DNA of 37,301 nucleotides from an uncultured Candidatus Bathyarchaeia archaeon (GTDB lineage Archaea; Thermoproteota; Bathyarchaeia; Bathyarchaeales; DTEX01): NCBI GenBank assembly GCA_964411115.1, contig CAYPJR010000003.1, positions 1 to 37,301 of the forward strand, read 5' to 3'. Shown piece by piece: positions 35,614 to 37,301 of this stretch (position 1 is its first letter; each line of letters starts with the position of its first letter). The notes under the pieces were generated by a model. It saw only the letters and a program-made list of their open reading frames with translations, ran no database searches and was not told where the DNA came from. The position numbers and the translations under genes were made by a program.

Positions 35614-36732
35614 TTAGCCTATGAAGCGGGATATTAAATCTTTCCTTCTCTGCCTTATGCTCATGGCTATGTCCGTTGTCTCCTTAATTATTTTTTCAGC
35701 TTCCCTGCTTGTAACTTCTCCAGCGCCTAAAACTTTAAGGGCTCCCTGATATATTCCGGAGGGCGATTTTTTAGACTCCTTCAAGCATCTGAATATCGCC
35801 GCATAGTCAAACTTTATGTTCTCAACGATGGAAACTAGGTAGGCGTAGTTTTCAATCATGTCGGCTAATGCGTGAAACATGTAATGCGCGGACTCAACCA
35901 GGGCGTTCTCATCTATAAGCGCGCTTACACGTGCAACAAAACCGTTCAGGAAATCCTTCTTCCCGTAATAGTTGATTTTGGCGATAGCCCTTGGATGGAC
36001 AGGTTTAGATGGGGGATTGGCGGCAACAAAGCTTATTGCTTCACCCCAAACTGATGAGAGCGAGTCAAGCATGAACCTAACATCGGCTTTACTGAGCCTA
36101 TCTAAACCCATCAGACCAACATACTTCTCATAAACATCATACATATCTATGCTCCTGGATGAGGAATCAAGGTTCCTAATGAAGTGGCTGTTCAGCACGG
36201 GCCTCCTTCCAATTTCGATCAGAATCTTCATGAGAGCCCAGAAGCTTCTCACAGCGTTCACCTTAGCGCTTTGAAAGTCATCCCTGCTGAAGGCTGACCT
36301 TGCACGGCTTAAATATGCATCAGCCTCAACAAGATAGGCTTCAGACCTAATCTCAACACGCTCAGACCTCCAAAAAACCTTAGACATAAGATCCTTAGCT
36401 CTGGTTAAAGAACCGTCTCGGTCGAATATAACCCTCAACTCATAAAGCTTCTGATCCACCTCAGGGGGGATCCTATAGGTTATCCAGCCCTTAGGCACAT
36501 AGTTCAAATCAACGGGGCAACCGCTTAAATTGATCCTTTCAGCATACTCGTAATCGAAATCTCTATCCTCAACGATCAGAAAATCCACATCGCTGCTTGG
36601 AACAGCGTCGCCGCGACCCCAACTTCCGAATAAACCTATCCCCGAAACAACCTCACGAACCTTCAAATCCTCAATAAACGATTCTAAAGCACCGCGAAAC
36701 CTTTCAGGAAACACAACCCTAACCTCCCACAT
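35614..36732 (-). CDS. nucleotidyltransferase (pol-beta/MNT fold) with C-terminal helical, HEPN-like region
   Basis: GLFGSWGRGD....SDVDF, third acidic residue in VDLNY, and helical EADAYLSRARSAF..DDF segment. Confidence 0.8.
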   Translation of the reverse strand: MWEVRVVFPERFRGALESFIEDLKVREVVSGIGLFGSWGRGDAVPSSDVDFLIVEDRDFDYEYAERINLSGCPVDLNYVPKGWITYRIPPEVDQKLYELRVIFDRDGSLTRAKDLMSKVFWRSERVEIRSEAYLVEADAYLSRARSAFSRDDFQSAKVNAVRSFWALMKILIEIGRRPVLNSHFIRNLDSSSRSIDMYDVYEKYVGLMGLDRLSKADVRFMLDSLSSVWGEAISFVAANPPSKPVHPRAIAKINYYGKKDFLNGFVARVSALIDENALVESAHYMFHALADMIENYAYLVSIVENIKFDYAAIFRCLKESKKSPSGIYQGALKVLGAGEVTSREAEKIIKETTDIAMSIRQRRKDLISRFIG

Positions 36733-36798
36733 TTAACAAGATACATCGCAATATTTAGAAATATAAACCTCTCATCTGATAAGCTTTACCAGCAAAGC

Positions 36799-36816
36799 CA
36801 AAAAGTATTTATGTAT
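36799..36816 (+). promoter_or_regulatory. candidate BRE/TATA promoter of the rRNA operon
   Basis: CAAAAAGTATTTATGTAT lies just upstream of the GC-rich 16S leader. Confidence 0.45.
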
Positions 36817-37014
36817 GAAGAAACGAAACAATATATTGAGGCCCGCAGCGCGACGGCGGCGTCAATGCGGATAAACAATGCGAGGCGATCAGCCTCAAAA
36901 TGAAGCATTGACCTCCAGCTGCGGACACAATTAATGCGGGCCTTAGCCGGCAAAAAAGGGCTAAGGTCTAAGGCTGGCTTGACATTATCCCCCGCCAACC
37001 CGCGACCCACTCCC

Positions 37015-37301
37015 AACTCCGGTTGATCCTGCCGGACCCCACTGCTATCGGGGTGGGACTAAGCCATGCGAGTTGGCGCCCTCAGCCGACGGGGAGGGCG
37101 CGGCGGACGGCTCCGTAACACGTAGCCAACCTACCCTCAGGACGGGAATAACCCCGGGAAACTGGGGCTAATTCCCGATAGGTGAGGAGGCCTGGAATGG
37201 TTCCTCACCGAAAGGGCGCCGGAACCGTGCTTCCGACGCCGCCTGAGGATGGGGCTGCGGCCGATCAGGTAGTTGGTGGGGTAACGGCCCACCAAGCCTA
37301 T
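37015..37301 (+). rRNA. rrs: 16S rRNA gene, 5' part (truncated by window end)
   Basis: Archaeal 5' signature ACTCCGGTTGATCCTGCCGG, AAGCCATGCGAGT, GGCGGACGGCTC.GTAACACGT, GGGAAACTGGGGCTAAT, GTTGGTGGGGTAACGGCCCACCAAG. Confidence 0.98.

Noticed and set aside
36786-37016. 76-aa minus-strand ORF
   Set aside because: Antisense to the rRNA promoter and leader, with no protein features
1-37301. CRISPR array, tRNA introns, intact integrase or transposase; many short antisense ORFs inside long genes
   Set aside because: No periodic repeats seen by eye, both tRNAs are intronless, no full recombinase ORF is in the track, and the nested antisense ORFs are shadows of well-supported genes

Overview
Archaeal chromosome segment of the TACK group, most likely a Bathyarchaeia-type organism (inferred from TBP, TrmI, Sec11-type signal peptidase, an A1-U72 tRNA-Gln, the GC-rich archaeal 16S 5' end and GGTGA-type RBS motifs). 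Positions 1-19.1 kb are mostly core or semi-core genes: SAM hydrolase, Fe-ADH, a ThDP enzyme, a tail-anchor/MoxR/HExxH-vWA operon, thiL, membrane Hsp20, UPF0182, a half-size MFS, MscL, radical SAM, a degenerate HAD, a SIS protein, TBP, signal peptidase, TrmI and a membrane-tethered wHTH. Positions 19.2-35.4 kb form an accessory region between two inward-pointing tRNAs (Thr-UGU, Gln-CUG). It holds a PAS histidine kinase/REC/REC-TackOD1/GT2 module, sugar-acid catabolism genes, a large FtsX-like permease and a GH5. It also holds debris absent from the ORF track (a frameshifted guaA fragment and an IS110 transposase stub) and the remnant of a tRNA-integrated element. The window ends with a nucleotidyltransferase and the start of the 16S rRNA gene. 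The most unusual observations are an apparently circularly permuted MscL, the three-gene MoxR/metallopeptidase-vWA system, the signalling-to-polysaccharide-synthase module whose receiver gene has no canonical start codon, and a CcdA-like ORF reading into the tRNA like an integrase N-fragment. All family calls come from motif recognition by eye; no searches were run.
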